From assembly GCA_035221665.1 (NCBI GenBank), contig CM069134.1, positions 89,466,001 through 89,530,000 on the forward strand: a stretch of DNA of 64,000 bases, given 5' to 3'. The stretch is from Okamejei kenojei. Lineage: Eukaryota. The position numbers and the translations under genes are program-made. The notes under the pieces were generated by a model. It did no database searches and was not told the origin of the DNA. It saw only the letters and a list, made by a program, of their open reading frames with translations. This document shows, in pieces, positions 1 through 12,500 of this stretch (the first letter of the stretch is position 1; every line of letters begins with the position of its first letter).

Positions 1-886
1 GATTAACTTTTCACTGCTGTTGGGCGGAAGGTGAGATGGAGCAGGAAACCTCTTTTTCCTGATGCTCCAAATTGCCCTGTGCTGTGGATAAAGGCCACCT
101 CTCTCAATCAGAGCTCAGACACCTCAGCTGTTGGGGAGAGCACAGCTCATTCTCCCCTCTATAGCTGGAGATTGGTATTGCTCTCTGTGTCCCCACCCCA
201 CCATCAGCTGGAATACTGAGTAGGATTCATTGGTAAAAACTATAAGATAAGTTATTCATTTCAAAGACTAATATTGTCTCCGGCTGTGAATTAGCGAGGT
301 ACGGAGTTCGGCCTCAGGGCCAGTGATAGGGTTGACCCTTTTCTCTCATCAACAGAATCTCACCTTCCAACCCCTCCACTCCCACCCCCATTCCAACACA
401 CAGCACAGGACAGTAAACAGCAAACAAAAATAACATTGCAACCTGATACTTCTAGACAATTGTTCATACACCAAAGGGTGTTGTTATACATGTTTAACCT
501 GTTGCTAATAAATTATAAAACATTATTACAACACTCCAAAGTCATGGGCCTCGTTTTGTTGAGGCAGGCTAACTTACACGATCTGCCAGTCATGTCCTTG
601 TCATTTTGAGTTTCTAATTTTATGACTGGGAAGGGGTGGATATGGGATTTGACAGTGTTGTTGGGTTGGCCAGTGGAAACAAGAAACCACGCACCTCAAT
701 GAAGAGGCCAGGCAACTGTACATCTTAATCAGATAGGTGGTTTGCGCAAGAAGGGGGGAATGTTAAATGACAGTAACTTGCATTCAATATACAATCAAAT
801 GCAGATAGAGGATTAAAAAGAGAAAGAAAGATGGGATTAAGACAGAAAAAAAATGAAAAGCATGTTAACCCGTATGTTAACACAGT

Positions 887-2000
887 TAACATAGAAACAT
901 AGAAAATAGGTGCAGGAGTAGGCCATCCGGCCCTTTGAGCCTGCACCGCCATTCAATATGATCATAGCTGATCATCCAACTCAGTATTCTGTACCTGCCT
1001 TCTCTCCATACCCCCTGATCCCTTCAGCCACAAGGGTCACATCTAACTCCCTCTTAAATGTAGCCAATGAACTGGCCTCAACTACCTTCTGTGGCAAAGA
1101 ATTCCACAGATTCACCACTCTGTGTGAAAAATGATATACTCATCTCGGTCCTAAAAGACTTCCCCGTTATCCTTAAATTGTGACCCCTTGTTCTGGACTT
1201 CCCCAAAATCGGGAACAATCTTCCTGCATCTAGCCCGTCTAACCCATTAAGAATTTTGTAAGTTTCTATAAGATTCCCCCTCAATCTTCTAAATTCTAGT
1301 GAGTACAAGCTGAGTCTATCCAGTCTTTCTTCATATGAAAGTCCTGCCATCCCAGGAATCAGTCTGGTGAACCTTCTCTGTACTCCCTCTATGGCAAGAA
1401 TGTATTTCCTCAGATTAGGAGACCAAATCCAGGTGTGGCCTCACCAAGACCCTGTACAACTGCAGTAGAACCTCCCTGCTCTTATACTCAAATCCTTTTG
1501 CTATGAATGCTAACATACCATTCGCTTTCTTCACTGCCTGCTGCACCTGCATGCCTACTTTCAATGACTGGTGTACCATGACACCCAGGTCTCGTTGCAT
1601 CTCCCCTCTTCCTAATCGGCCACCATTCAGATAATAGTCTACTTTCCTGTTTTTGCTGCCAAAGGGGATAACCTCACACTTATCCACATTATACTGCATC
1701 TGCCATGCATTTGCCCACTCACCCAACCTATCCAAGTCACCTTGCAGCCTCCTAGCATCCTCCTCACAGCTAACACTGCCCCCCAGCTTCGTGTCATCCA
1801 CAAACTTGAAGATGTTGCATTCAATTCCCTCATCCAGATCATTAATATATATTGTAAATAGCTGGGGTCCCAGTACCCCACTAGTCACTGCCTGCCATTC
1901 TGAAAAGGACCCATTTATTCCTATTCTTTGCTTCCTGTCTGCCAGCCAGTTCTCTATCCACATCAACACTGAACCCCCAATACCATGTGCTTTAAGTTTG
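887..2000 (-). mobile_element. CR1-clade LINE, 5'-truncated 3' portion (RT C-terminus plus 3' UTR)
   Basis: Minus-strand ORFs 1415-1969 (WIENWL..RKQR, LFTIYINDL, FVDDTKL) and 1078-1350 (SYEERLDRL..YSLE.RRLRG). Ends in a (TTTCTATG)n tail at about 887-907. Confidence 0.95.
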
Positions 2001-2014
2001 CAAAACCTTTTATA

Positions 2015-2285
2015 GAGTGATACAGTGTGGAAACAGTCCCTTCAGCCCAACTTGCCCAAGTCCCAGCTACACTAGTCCCACCTGCCCACATTTGGTCCAT
2101 ATCCCTCCAAGCCTGTCCTATCCATGTACCTGTCTAACTGATTCTGAAATGTTGGGAGAGTTCCAGCCTCAACTACCTCCTCTGGCAGCTTGTTCCATAA
2201 ACCCACCACCCTTTGTGTGAAAAATGTTACCCCTCAGATTTCTATTAAATCTTTTCCCCTTCATCTTAAACCTATGTCCTCTCGT
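2015..2285 (-). mobile_element. Degraded CR1/SINE 3' tail fragment
   Basis: gatacagtgtggaaacagtcccttcagccca...acccaccaccctttgtgtgaaaa matches the reverse complement of the CR1 3' ends elsewhere in the window. Confidence 0.65.
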
Positions 2286-2487
2286 CTTCCAGCCTGTTGG
2301 AATAATATTGAATTTATAATGGTTAGTTTTCAGCGCTAGAGAAGTCATACGGCTTGGAAACAGGACCTAATCAGGCAATGATAGGAACTGGTGCTGATAG
2401 TAAACCATCCAGTTTTTCACCAATCATACCCGATCCCATTTTATTCTCCCAGCTATCCCCTAGATTCCATCCTTTACTTGCTCGGAG

Positions 2488-2650
2488 CAGTTTACATTGG
2501 CCAATTAACCTGCAAATTTTTGTAATGTGGGAAGAAACCAGAGCACCTGGAGGAAAACCCCACAGTCACAGGGAGAACACGCAAGGTCAGGATTAAACCA
2601 GGGCCTCTGACACCATGAGGCAGTGGCTCTACCAGCTGTGCCACAATGGT
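2488..2650 (-). mobile_element. tRNA-derived SINE (HE1/V-SINE-like), partial
   Basis: Minus strand reads GTGGCACAGCTGGTAGAG (A box) ... GGTTTAATCCTGACC (B box) ... AGGTTAATTGGCC. Shared with the copies at 4513, 9626, 13770 and 52466. Confidence 0.75.
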
Positions 2651-4512
2651 GCACATTGACTGGTGGTTGATTGGCAGCAATTAATAGCTAGCATGGGGTT
2701 GAAAAGGGACTTAAGAGGTTAAATGTACGGCACCTCTCTGTAACCAGCTCAATATTGCCAAGCAAATACATCAACCATGCCATTCAATGCATTTCAGCTG
2801 TGAAGCAGACAATTCTGTTTTCACAAAGCTAAAAAAGGAACAATGCACCTTGGACAGTAACTTTTGGACCACTGATTATCCATGTATTTTCTCTAATTTG
2901 AAGATGCTGTTCTATCTGTGCAGAAATGTCAGTATTGTGGCCCTTCCTTTGTATTTCTATAATGTAAAACAGTTGAGCTGCTCAAATGGGGACAAACATC
3001 TCAGCGTGGTACTAGTGTGAAGATGGGACAAGCAGTTATGTTACCAGAAGACCAGTGGTTGGATGGAGTGAGTATGGCACGAGTTAGAGTGTATACAGAT
3101 CTTGGAATGGTTTTGAAATGAGGCCTGAGATCCTGAGATAATTTCTGATCAGAGGAATTTTATCAAATAGGGCAATAAAATGGTGAATTTATTGACGCAA
3201 TTCATCACTACTAACCCTGAAACATGTCCCTACCAACAATAAAATTAATTAATTTGCTAGGTCTAAACCAAAGCTGAAAGTTGAAGAAAAATATGTGATT
3301 ACACATGTGGAATTTTTCACAAAAAAATATTAATGATATTAGTTCACATTGAGCCAAACTTCTGCTCCTCCAAAGAGAGATTCACAAACTAATTAATGGG
3401 GGTAGAATCATTTTAGTTATAGTAACCCAGAATCACAAATGGAATGTCCCACTCTCAACTAGTTCAATTGAAAAAAACAAATTGCTGGAGGAACTCAGCA
3501 GGTCAAGCAGTATCTATAGGGGGTGTGAGGAATTGTTGATGTTTTGATTGCACTTTGAAAAATGCATGTTTAGTGACAAGATGGGTTTAGTCAATAGAAA
3601 TTGAACCTTATTGCTGTTCTATAGGTTTTTAACCAAGAAGTGCATTATTCATGACTGCTGCTGATTTTGCTTTTCTAAATGAAGACATGGTGAAAATAGT
3701 ATTTGATCACAAGGCGTATTAGTTTAATGATCTTTAAGGCTCATGGGTGGGATGGACTTTAAAATTTTCCCCTGTGAAGCCTACTGCCTAACTGACAGAG
3801 CTCACAATCACCCGCCCTCTCTTCAGAAAAAACTGTACCTACAACAGACCTTGATGGTGTTGCAAATGTGTCCGGAACTGCCAGCTCTCCGTGGTCAGAA
3901 CTCCACACTATTCTTTCCATGGATAAGGAACAGGGATGGTCATCATCAGCCTGTCGCTGGTTTGCGCAACACATCTCCTCTGCTGCTGATGAAAAAAGAA
4001 CACCCAATGTTCTGGATGAAGATTGTCCTCCTTCGACCCAAAGTGGGGAGCCTTGGGTTTCCCCACATTACATCTCCCACACCTACAGTATCTTCCCAAC
4101 ATCCCTACATACACTCACTTTGGGGCCTCAGCAGAAGTGGTATACTTACAGATTTAACTGCTCTACCTCTGAGTTGCTGAGCTGCAATCATCATTGTAAA
4201 CACCATGGTTGTTACTGCTGTTCTGACGCTAAACTGCTTGTGTTGACAATCAGTCCTCCAGTGTATTGCTTTAAGTGATGTTATGCACATCTGGATTTGC
4301 TATCTTGAAATATCCAAAACTACATAAAGATTGGCCAGACATCACATAGTTTGGAGGAGTATTTAGTTTAGTCTAGCCAACTAATTCTGTTGGAGAATTG
4401 CAAGAGTGATCCATCAGTAACCAGTCCAAAGCTACCTCCACATTATAAGCATGCCCATATCTGTCTCATTCTTGCAGTCACTTGACCATTTAAATTATCA
4501 TTTTATTTCAAT

Positions 4513-4811
4513 CTTAGTTTAATTTGGAGATACAGTGCAGAAATAGGCCCTTCAGCTTACTGCATCCTTGCCAACCAGTAATCCCCGCACATTAACACTA
4601 TCTACACACCCTAGGGACAATTTACAATTTTACCAAGCCAATTAACCGACAAACTTGCACATCTTTGGCGTGTGGGAGGAAACCGGGGAAAACCTGCGCA
4701 GGTCACGGGAGAACTTACAAACTCCATGCAGCCAAGCACTCGTGGTCAGGATCAAACCCGGCTCTCTGGTGCTGTAAGGTAGCAACTCTACCGCTGCGCC
4801 ACCATGCCACC
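4513..4811 (-). mobile_element. tRNA-derived SINE, near full length, with CR1-like tail
   Basis: A box GGTGGCGCAGCGGTAGAG, B box GGTTTGATCC, central GGTTAATTGGCTTGGTAAA, tail TATCTCCAAATTAAACTAA. Confidence 0.85.
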
Positions 4812-5499
4812 TTTATCTTAGAGTGGAAATGTCAAATGTCAAAGCAGAGCTTTAAGGTCAGAGGTGGATAGTTTAAAGGAAAGGTTAGAGGTTATTTGTA
4901 AAAGTTCCACAATGAGGTGAACAACCAAGTTATCTGTTGTTGGATGACAGATAAATATTCACCTGAGCACCAGATCTTCTGAGCTCAATTCTGAAATGTT
5001 TGAGAATTTTCCAAACGATGAAGTCTCCTGCAATGTACCATTTTGTCTGATCTTAAGGCTCCTCAGAGCAGATGAATTACATAAAATTTATCATCAGAGT
5101 AAAGCAAATGAATTTCATGACAAATACCAAGTCTGAATTGGGCACACGCACAACCATGTGATCACAAACTTTATTGGCACTGAATTTGAGAATCTCTGGA
5201 TTTCTTTAACTTGGCTCTATTAACTTCTAAAACCAATAGCATAGGCATTGGCATGTCGAAAGAGATAAATCATAAAGAAGAAAGTTAGAAAAAAGAAAGG
5301 GAAAGACAGTTGGAATAGTGCAGCCTAGTGGGAAGGTGATCAGCAGATGAGCCCTGGACATAGGACCTAGGATATGACCTGGTCAGAAGCTCTTTGAACA
5401 TAGATAAATGAAATGTGCCAATATGCAGAAAGTGTGTTCTCTGTGTTGTGCCTCAGTGCAGCAGATAGTACATTTTTGTGTATCTAAGCATGTTTTTAC

Positions 5500-5690
5500 A
5501 CAAAGCACTGGACGAACTCAGTGGGTCAGGCAGCATCTGAGAAGGGAATGGTCAGACAGTGTTTCGGGTCAGGACCCTTCTTCAGACTGCGTCTGTCCAT
5601 TCCCTCCACAGATCTTACCTGATCCACTGAGTTCCTCCAGTATGTTATGTTCAACTCAAGATTCCATAAACTGCTGTTCCTTTTGTAAGT
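5500..5690. mobile_element. Penelope-terminus (pLTR) derived fold-back repeat, old copy
   Basis: actcagtgggtcaggcagcatct...tttcgggtcaggacccttcttcagac is followed by the inverted agatcttacctgatccactgagttcctccag. Confidence 0.7.
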
Positions 5691-6194
5691 ATATTTTTAA
5701 TTGTCCCGTTGCTTGCTTTTCCAAGCTCCAGTACACAATTACTAGTTATGGAGTCGTAGTTGAATATCGCAGCAATGCAACACATAGAATAACTTGATTA
5801 CCTTCCACCAGTATCAAGTCTTTGCTGTCTCTGAAAATTTAGTTTTGGAGAAGGATCTACATTTGCCTTTTTGTATATTATTAACATTTCTCTTGACGTG
5901 TCTTCCTATAAAGTGTCAGTGCTGGCTTTAAGAAGAGTGATAATATTGAGACAGATTGAGCTAATTCATGGAAATTACTTCTTGCATTGATTCTTTTTAG
6001 GTTAGATGTATTGCCGTTCACAATACATGCATAGAAATATAAGTGTGCTAATATATAATTGCATTTGATATGAATGGCCAATGATAATAAGTTAGAGACG
6101 TGTCCAACCCGTTTGCAATGGCAATATGTTGGATAATATCGAAAACATTACCTTGTCCATATCTCGCTGTTTTGCCATTCTGTATTCAGAAAAA

Positions 6195-6430
6195 GGCATC
6201 CGCCTACCACACAGCACCAACACATGGAGAACCACGGGGGGGGGAAATGGAGGAGGACTGACTGTACTTTTGTGCCTTCCACCACTGAGAAGAATGCTGT
6301 GGTGGATGTTTGTGTTAAATTTTTATTGTGTGTTGTTTTTCTTTTTTGATTGTACCGCTGCTGGCAAATTCATTTCACTGCACTTTATTGTGTATGCGAT
6401 TAATAAATCTGATTGATTGATTGATTGATT
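6195..6430 (+). mobile_element. Retroposon 3' end with AATAAA and (GATT)n tail
   Basis: ...atttcactgcac...aataaatctgattgattgattgattgatt. A microsatellite tail is typical of non-LTR 3' ends; family not identified. Confidence 0.45.
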
Positions 6431-7244
6431 GTATATTGTAATGAAAAGTATCAAGCCCCATTTCAACAATTGAATCACAGATTCATTCATCCATGTGTTA
6501 TAAACATTTCAGATGGACCTGCAAATCAGCAGGTGAGTCTGCTTCCCCATCCACACCTCAGCCCCTGATTATAGACATATTATGTTCATATTAATGATTG
6601 GAGGGTGGAGTTACGCGCTATAGGCTAGACAACTTTATTTTGCAGTCTGCTTTTGAAAAGTGTCTCTCTTTAATCCTAGGCAACCAACACCTGTCTCTCC
6701 TCTGCTCAGTTGGGAGATGAGGCAGCAGATGTTTGGAGCATATGCCATCTGGAGCAACTGCCCTCTTCCTCTCAATCCTGGTGCTCTCCAGGCTCTGCCC
6801 AACAGGCTCCAGATCTCCTTGCTCCTCTTCCTCTGGCACCGGCTCTAATCAGTGATTGGCAAGATCATACAGCCAGTGATGAAGTCTCCCCTCGGACTAA
6901 TGTCATGTTCTGAGGACCTATGCTGTTTTCCACCAATATCCTGATTTGTGTATGGCTCTCCTTGTAGCTGTTTTGATGGAGAGGTATGGCTCAGATCTTC
7001 CTGCACATTGCTGACAGCTTTGAAAACCCAAGTTTGGGAATATAATGTTCACAAGAGAATTCCAGGAAGACGTGGTGCCTTGGGTTCAGCATCAGACACC
7101 ATTGTTAGAGCATTTCAGCAGCTAGGCAAAGCTTTCACAGCTTGATTTAAACACACTCCCACAGACTCTGGGAGGTACCAGAGTAGCCTGCAGTGAGTTA
7201 TGAAACTTCCAAGGCACCACTCTATTACTTGGTTGGCATTGCAC

Positions 7245-7770
7245 AGGGTAGGGAAATCAAGATCTAGGCGTAAGTTTAAGGTAAGAGAGAAAAGATTTAG
7301 TAGAAATGTAAGAGGCAACTTTTTCTCACAGAGGGGTAGTGGGCATATGTAATCAGCTGCCTGATTAAGCAGTGAGGGCAGGTGCAATAATAGCATTTAA
7401 AAGTAATTTGGACAGGTGCATGAATAGGGAAAGTTTAGAGAGATATGGGTCAGGTGTGGGCAAATGGAACTTGCTTGGATTGGGCATATTGGTCAGAATG
7501 GATGATTTGGGCCGAACGGCCTGTTTCAATGCTGTATGACTCAACGACCTTCGGGACCTCATGGGCATCTTATTTACTCAGAGGATAGACCGTGTCTGGA
7601 ATGAACTGCCAGAGGAAGCTACAGAATACTTGGACAGATTTGTGGATAGGAAGGGTTTAGAGGGCAAGGGTACAGATACAGGCAACTGGGATGAGCCCAG
7701 TATGCCAATTTTGTCAGCAAGACAAGATGGACTGAAGGGTCTGTTTCTATGCTGTATAACTCTATGATTC
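7245..7770 (+). mobile_element. Two tandem degraded CR1 3' fragments
   Basis: Two repeats of the CR1 3' motifs (ttcacacagag..tggaatgaactgccag..ggataggaagggtttagag..ggcctgtttc..ctgtatgactc). Confidence 0.75.
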
Positions 7771-8224
7771 CATAACCCTTAAGAGAGCTATCCCAGTATT
7801 GAATTGAGGTATCAGCCTAGATATTTTTGCTAAGGCATCCAGCATGGGATTAGAACCTAAACCCTCTGAATAAGCACACCTCTGAACCCTCTTGTATAAT
7901 TTATAGAAGCACTTAATTATGCTTCTCTTATTCACCCTGGAGTGATTCATGTATTTACACACCCTGCTCTTTTTTCCATCATAGCATTAAATAAGTTCAC
8001 ATGACATACAAAATTGCTTCTCAATAGTTTAAAAAATGTTAAAGAATTATTATTATAAGTGCAATGTGATTGCCTATTTCTTTTATTTATTGTTGTGTAC
8101 AACCTTCTTGCAGGTGCTTAATTTTTGTTTAACTTGCTAACTCGTGATCCTCAAAAAGGGCTTCTTAATTTATATGTGTGAATTCTGGAGCTATAACGTT
8201 AGAACTTAATGCAACACTGCAGCA

Positions 8225-9540
8225 GCTGCTAATCTCATTTGAGCATGAGGGAGGAGCTGGCCAAAGATGACTGGAAAGATACCCTAGCAGGGATGACAGT
8301 GGAACAACAATGGCAGGTATTTCTCGGAATAATGTAGACAGTGCAGGATCAGTTCATTCCAAAGAAGAAGAAAGATTGCAAGGGAAGTAAGGGGCGACCG
8401 TGGCTGACAAGAAAGTCAAGGAGAGTATAAAAATAAAATAAAAGTATAACATAGCAAAGATGAGCGGGAAGCCAGAAGATTGGTAAACTTTTAAAGAGCA
8501 ACAGAAGATAACTAAAAAGACAATACGGGGAGAAAAGTTGAGGTACGAAGATTAGCTAGCCAAGAGGATAGTAAAGGCAGTGACTAGTGGGGTACTGCAA
8601 GGCTCGGTGCTGGAGCCGCAGCGATTTACAATATACATCAATGATTTAGATGAAGGGATTCAAAGTAACATCAGCAAATTTGCAGATGACACAAAGCTGG
8701 ATGGCAATGTGAACTGCGAGGAGGATGTTATGAGGATGCAGGCTCGGACAGGTTGGGTGAGTGGGCAGTTGCATGGCAGTTGCAGTATAATGTGAATAAA
8801 TGTGAGGTTATCCACTTTGGTGGCAAAAACAGGAAAGCAGAATATTATCTGAATGGTGTCAAGCAGGGAAAGGGTGAAGTACAAAGAGAAATGGGGTACA
8901 GCAGGCAGTGAAGAAAGCTAATGGCATGTTGGCCTTCAAAACAAGAGGAGCAAATAGGTCCTTCTGCAGTTGTACAGGCCCCTTTTGAGACTACACCTGG
9001 AGTATTGTGTGCAGCTTTGGTCTCCAAAATTGAGGAAGGACATTCTTGCTGTTGAGGGAGTGCAGTGTAGGTTCACAAGATTAATTCCTTGGATGTCATA
9101 TGTTGATAGAATGGAATGGCTGGGCTTGTACACCCTGGAATTTAGAAGGATGAGAGGGGATCTTATTGAAACATATAAGATTATTAAGGGAATGGACATG
9201 CTAGAGGCAGGAAACAAGTTCCCTATTTTGGGGGAGTCCAGAACCAGGGGCCACAGTTTAAGAATAAGGGGTAGGCCATTTAGAACGGAGATGAAGAAAA
9301 ACTTTTCAACCTAGAGTATTGTGAATCTGTGGAATTCTCTGCCTCAGAAGGCAGTGGAGGCCGATTCTCTGGATGCTTTCAAGAGAGAGTTAGATAGAGC
9401 TCTTTAAGATAGCGGTCAGGGAATATGGTGAGAAGGCAGGAACGGAGTACTGAATCTGGATGATCAGCCATGATCACAGTGAATGGCGATGCTAGCTCGA
9501 AGGGCCGAATGGCCTACTCCTACACCTATTGTCTAATGTC
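8225..9540 (+). mobile_element. CR1-clade LINE fragment with internal deletions
   Basis: ORFs 8580-8795 (SGVLQGSVL..YINDL..FADDTKL) and 8970-9314 (HLEYCVQLWSP..RRMRGDLIETYKI). An upstream ORF2 piece (8225-8575) is joined directly to the RT; 3' hairpin aagggccgaatggcct. Confidence 0.92.
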
Positions 9541-9625
9541 TCACACAAGGATGGTTAGAGTGAGAATGGGAAACAACTTTTTGAAAGTGTGCTTATTGCT
9601 TGTGGGTTCTTGTTCTGCCTTCAGT

Positions 9626-9915
9626 TTACCATCCAGTTTAGAGATACAGCGCAGAAGCAGGCCCTTCAGCCCTCCGAGTCCATGCCGACTAGCGATCAGG
9701 GCACAGTAGCACTGTCCTAGACACACCAGGGGCAATTTACTATTTTACCAAGCCAATTAACCTACAAACCTGTACGTCTTTGGAGTGTGGGAAGAAACTG
9801 GAGCTCCCAGGGAAAACCCACGGAGGTCACGGGAGAACATACAAACTCCATAGTCAGGATCGAACCTGGGTCTCTGCCGCTCTATAGCAGCAACTCTACT
9901 GCTGCACCACCTTGC
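9626..9915 (-). mobile_element. tRNA-derived SINE
   Basis: Same family as 4513-4811: GGTGCAGCAGTAGAGTTGCT, GGTTCGATCCTGAC, tail TATCTCTAAACT. Confidence 0.85.
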
Positions 9916-10084
9916 CAACTATCTGCTTTTCACCAGAGAATGGTTGATAATAAATTAGGCTCTGTGCTCCACTACTGAAATCTTCCTCCTTGACATAATA
10001 AAGCAAAATTTAAAAATATTACTGTGGACAGAATTATACAAACCACCAGCACCTTGCCACACACACAATTATCTTTAGGCTGAT

Positions 10085-10690
10085 AAACCACGGGACAAGG
10101 AACTTGTTGATATCACCTTAGCCTTGAGTCAGAAGATGATGGGTTAAAGGCTCAATTGAGGAATGTGCAGATAAAATCTACAATGAGATGTGCTGTCTTT
10201 TCAAATGAAATGTTAAATTGAGTGTCTGTCCTTCAAGGTGGTAGTTTAAAACATACCATGACACTCATTGAAGGAGCACATTGATGGGCAAAAAGCAAAC
10301 TGCTGCATGAACTCAGCACGCCAGGTAGCATGAGTGGAAGAAAATGGACAAACAATGTTTTGGGTCGGCACGCTTCTCCATACTAATTGCCAATTTTTCC
10401 AATCAACCTGCAGTATCAAATCATCAGTATAAATGTGATCGTGTTAGCTAACTGCACAATAAAGATGTAAGGAATGGAATTTTGGAAGTGGGACACAATG
10501 TATCATCAGAATTGGGCTGCTGAAAACATATTTGAATAATTGTTTAATTCACTGCTGATTATGAGACCTTGCAGTGTAGATATTGTCAGCTGCATTATTA
10601 CACAGTACAACAGCGACCATACTCAGAAATACTTCCTTGGTACGATGCTCTTCACCGGAGAAAGAACTATATAAATATAAGCTCTTTCTC
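10085..10690 (+). mobile_element. Ancient Deu-domain SINE-like relic interrupted by a Penelope-terminus fragment (about 10290-10385)
   Basis: gtgctgtcttttcaaatgaaatgttaaattgag..aggtgg...ccatgacact resembles the Deu domain of AmnSINE/SacSINE1 as I recall it; tail ctatataaatataagctctttc. Confidence 0.55.
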
Positions 10691-12196
10691 TCCCTCTGTA
10701 AACCTATGATGGTGTCAATTGATCAACTAATTTGTTCATCAGAAAATCATCCTCAATCTACCACTTATGTCAGACTTCCCGAATTAAATTAAATATTACC
10801 ATTACCTAACACTTCTGAACCTTGGCTGAATTGGTTTAGTAGAGTTGATTAATGTGGAATATCAGACCTTATAGTTTGTAATTGCATTAATCCCCAAAAG
10901 GGTGATTGTAAGAACACAGGAATGAAAGGGGCCAGGAAAGGTATGCTTTCTCCCAGCACTGCAGAAGTATCATATCGAAAATAATGCTCATAACCCTCTA
11001 TCAATATTTTCAGCAGGTACTTAGCCAATTCTCTCTTGACATAATAAATACAATCAGTCCTTGTGTATTTTCAAGACCATGAATTACATGGGATGATTTC
11101 AACTGCCTTTTCTCCTTCTTCTAAAAATATGGGTAATACAGTACTGCAGAATCTTTGTATTCGACCATTTTTGTGGGTCTTTTTGGTGCAAAGATGATGC
11201 GTTTCTGGTTTACGAGGGCACCATAAATTGACTAGTGAGCCCAAAGTAAGTAACCCCAGCAAGTGTTGCTTTGACTGCATTTGTCTACATTATATATCTT
11301 AATCTCAAATATTTTCCTGTCCTTCAAAATTGGAATAGTTGGCATTGTCTCTTAACTGGCATATTTTTGCAAACCCAAAATTTTATTTTTGTGCACAAGC
11401 CACTAACTGCAAATTGTCCTCGATAAAGAAGGATGTTTAAGGGAGCCTTAACTTTTCTATTGCTACATGTACACATGCATTCCACAGACATGGGTTTACA
11501 GTGATGAAAGCTGATCAATTGTATAAATATATTTGGCATAATATGTTCTATAAATTCCTTCGGCTGTAGTTTAATAGCTTATGCAAAAACCTAGGCCCCC
11601 AAGTCATTCTATGGGAAACTGCAGTTTGAACATTTGCCACCTTCAGCTGAAAATCCCCTCTGTTATTTCAGCAGAGGCATTAACCCACTCAAAATAAATA
11701 GTAGAGCAAAGAATTTGAAACACCCAAAGATTGATATTTTGCTCATTGACAGGAAGGTGAGTGCCACACGTCGCTTTGAACCTGCCATAACTTCAAACCT
11801 ATTTTGAGGCCTGTTGTCTGTTTTGCCATATAGAGCAAGATACTGGCAGGATCCCCTCCAGTGCTTTCCTGAACGATTCCTGAGAGTGGTGCAGTGAGAT
11901 CACCTATACAGCAGCAAAGGCAGCTGAGTGCATTTAAAGGCAACAAGCTTCAAAAAGGATGACAGATTTTTGTTTTAATCCTCAAGGCAGTCTCTTATAA
12001 GCTGTGTTTAAACCTAATGTACAGTGAAGTACTTGGTGAAGAGAGATGTCATTTTATTGAATTATAATATGGGAACTAGTATATCTCATCACAAACCTTT
12101 TCCTCAAGCATCTAGGTTACATTGCATTTTGACAGAGTTTTTGTTTAAAGTGAAATATTTTCGATCAGCTGTTCGATCTGTAACCACTATAAGCTA

Positions 12197-12500
12197 CAGG
12201 CGGTCCACAGGTAATGAACTGATTCATTTTTAGAAACTTCCATAAATTAATTTTGTCCGTAAGTTGGAAAACGCACCAAAATCACTTGTTACGGTAATCA
12301 TATCCACACAGTATCAAAACACTTAAGTCCAATAAACAAGAAAAAATAGTAAAAGTGGAGAGAGAGAGAGAGAGGAAATCAGCTCTGCCAGTAGGAATAC
12401 ATACTTATGTCATTCTTTTGAATTTAATAATTTAATAAACATGCTCGATTTAATGTAGGAGTATCCATAAGTTCAATGTTCGTAACCCGGGGATGGTCTG
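12197..12500. mobile_element. Tigger/pogo-like non-autonomous DNA transposon (MITE)
   Basis: TA|CAGGCGGTCCACAGGTAATGAAC ... GTTCGTAACCCGGGGATGGTCTG|TA: imperfect TIRs with TA duplication. Second copy at 26597. Confidence 0.8.

Noticed and set aside
4730-4811. tRNA-like A/B boxes as a tRNA gene
   Set aside because: They are the head of a multi-copy SINE and continue into SINE body and tail; no full cloverleaf is evident.
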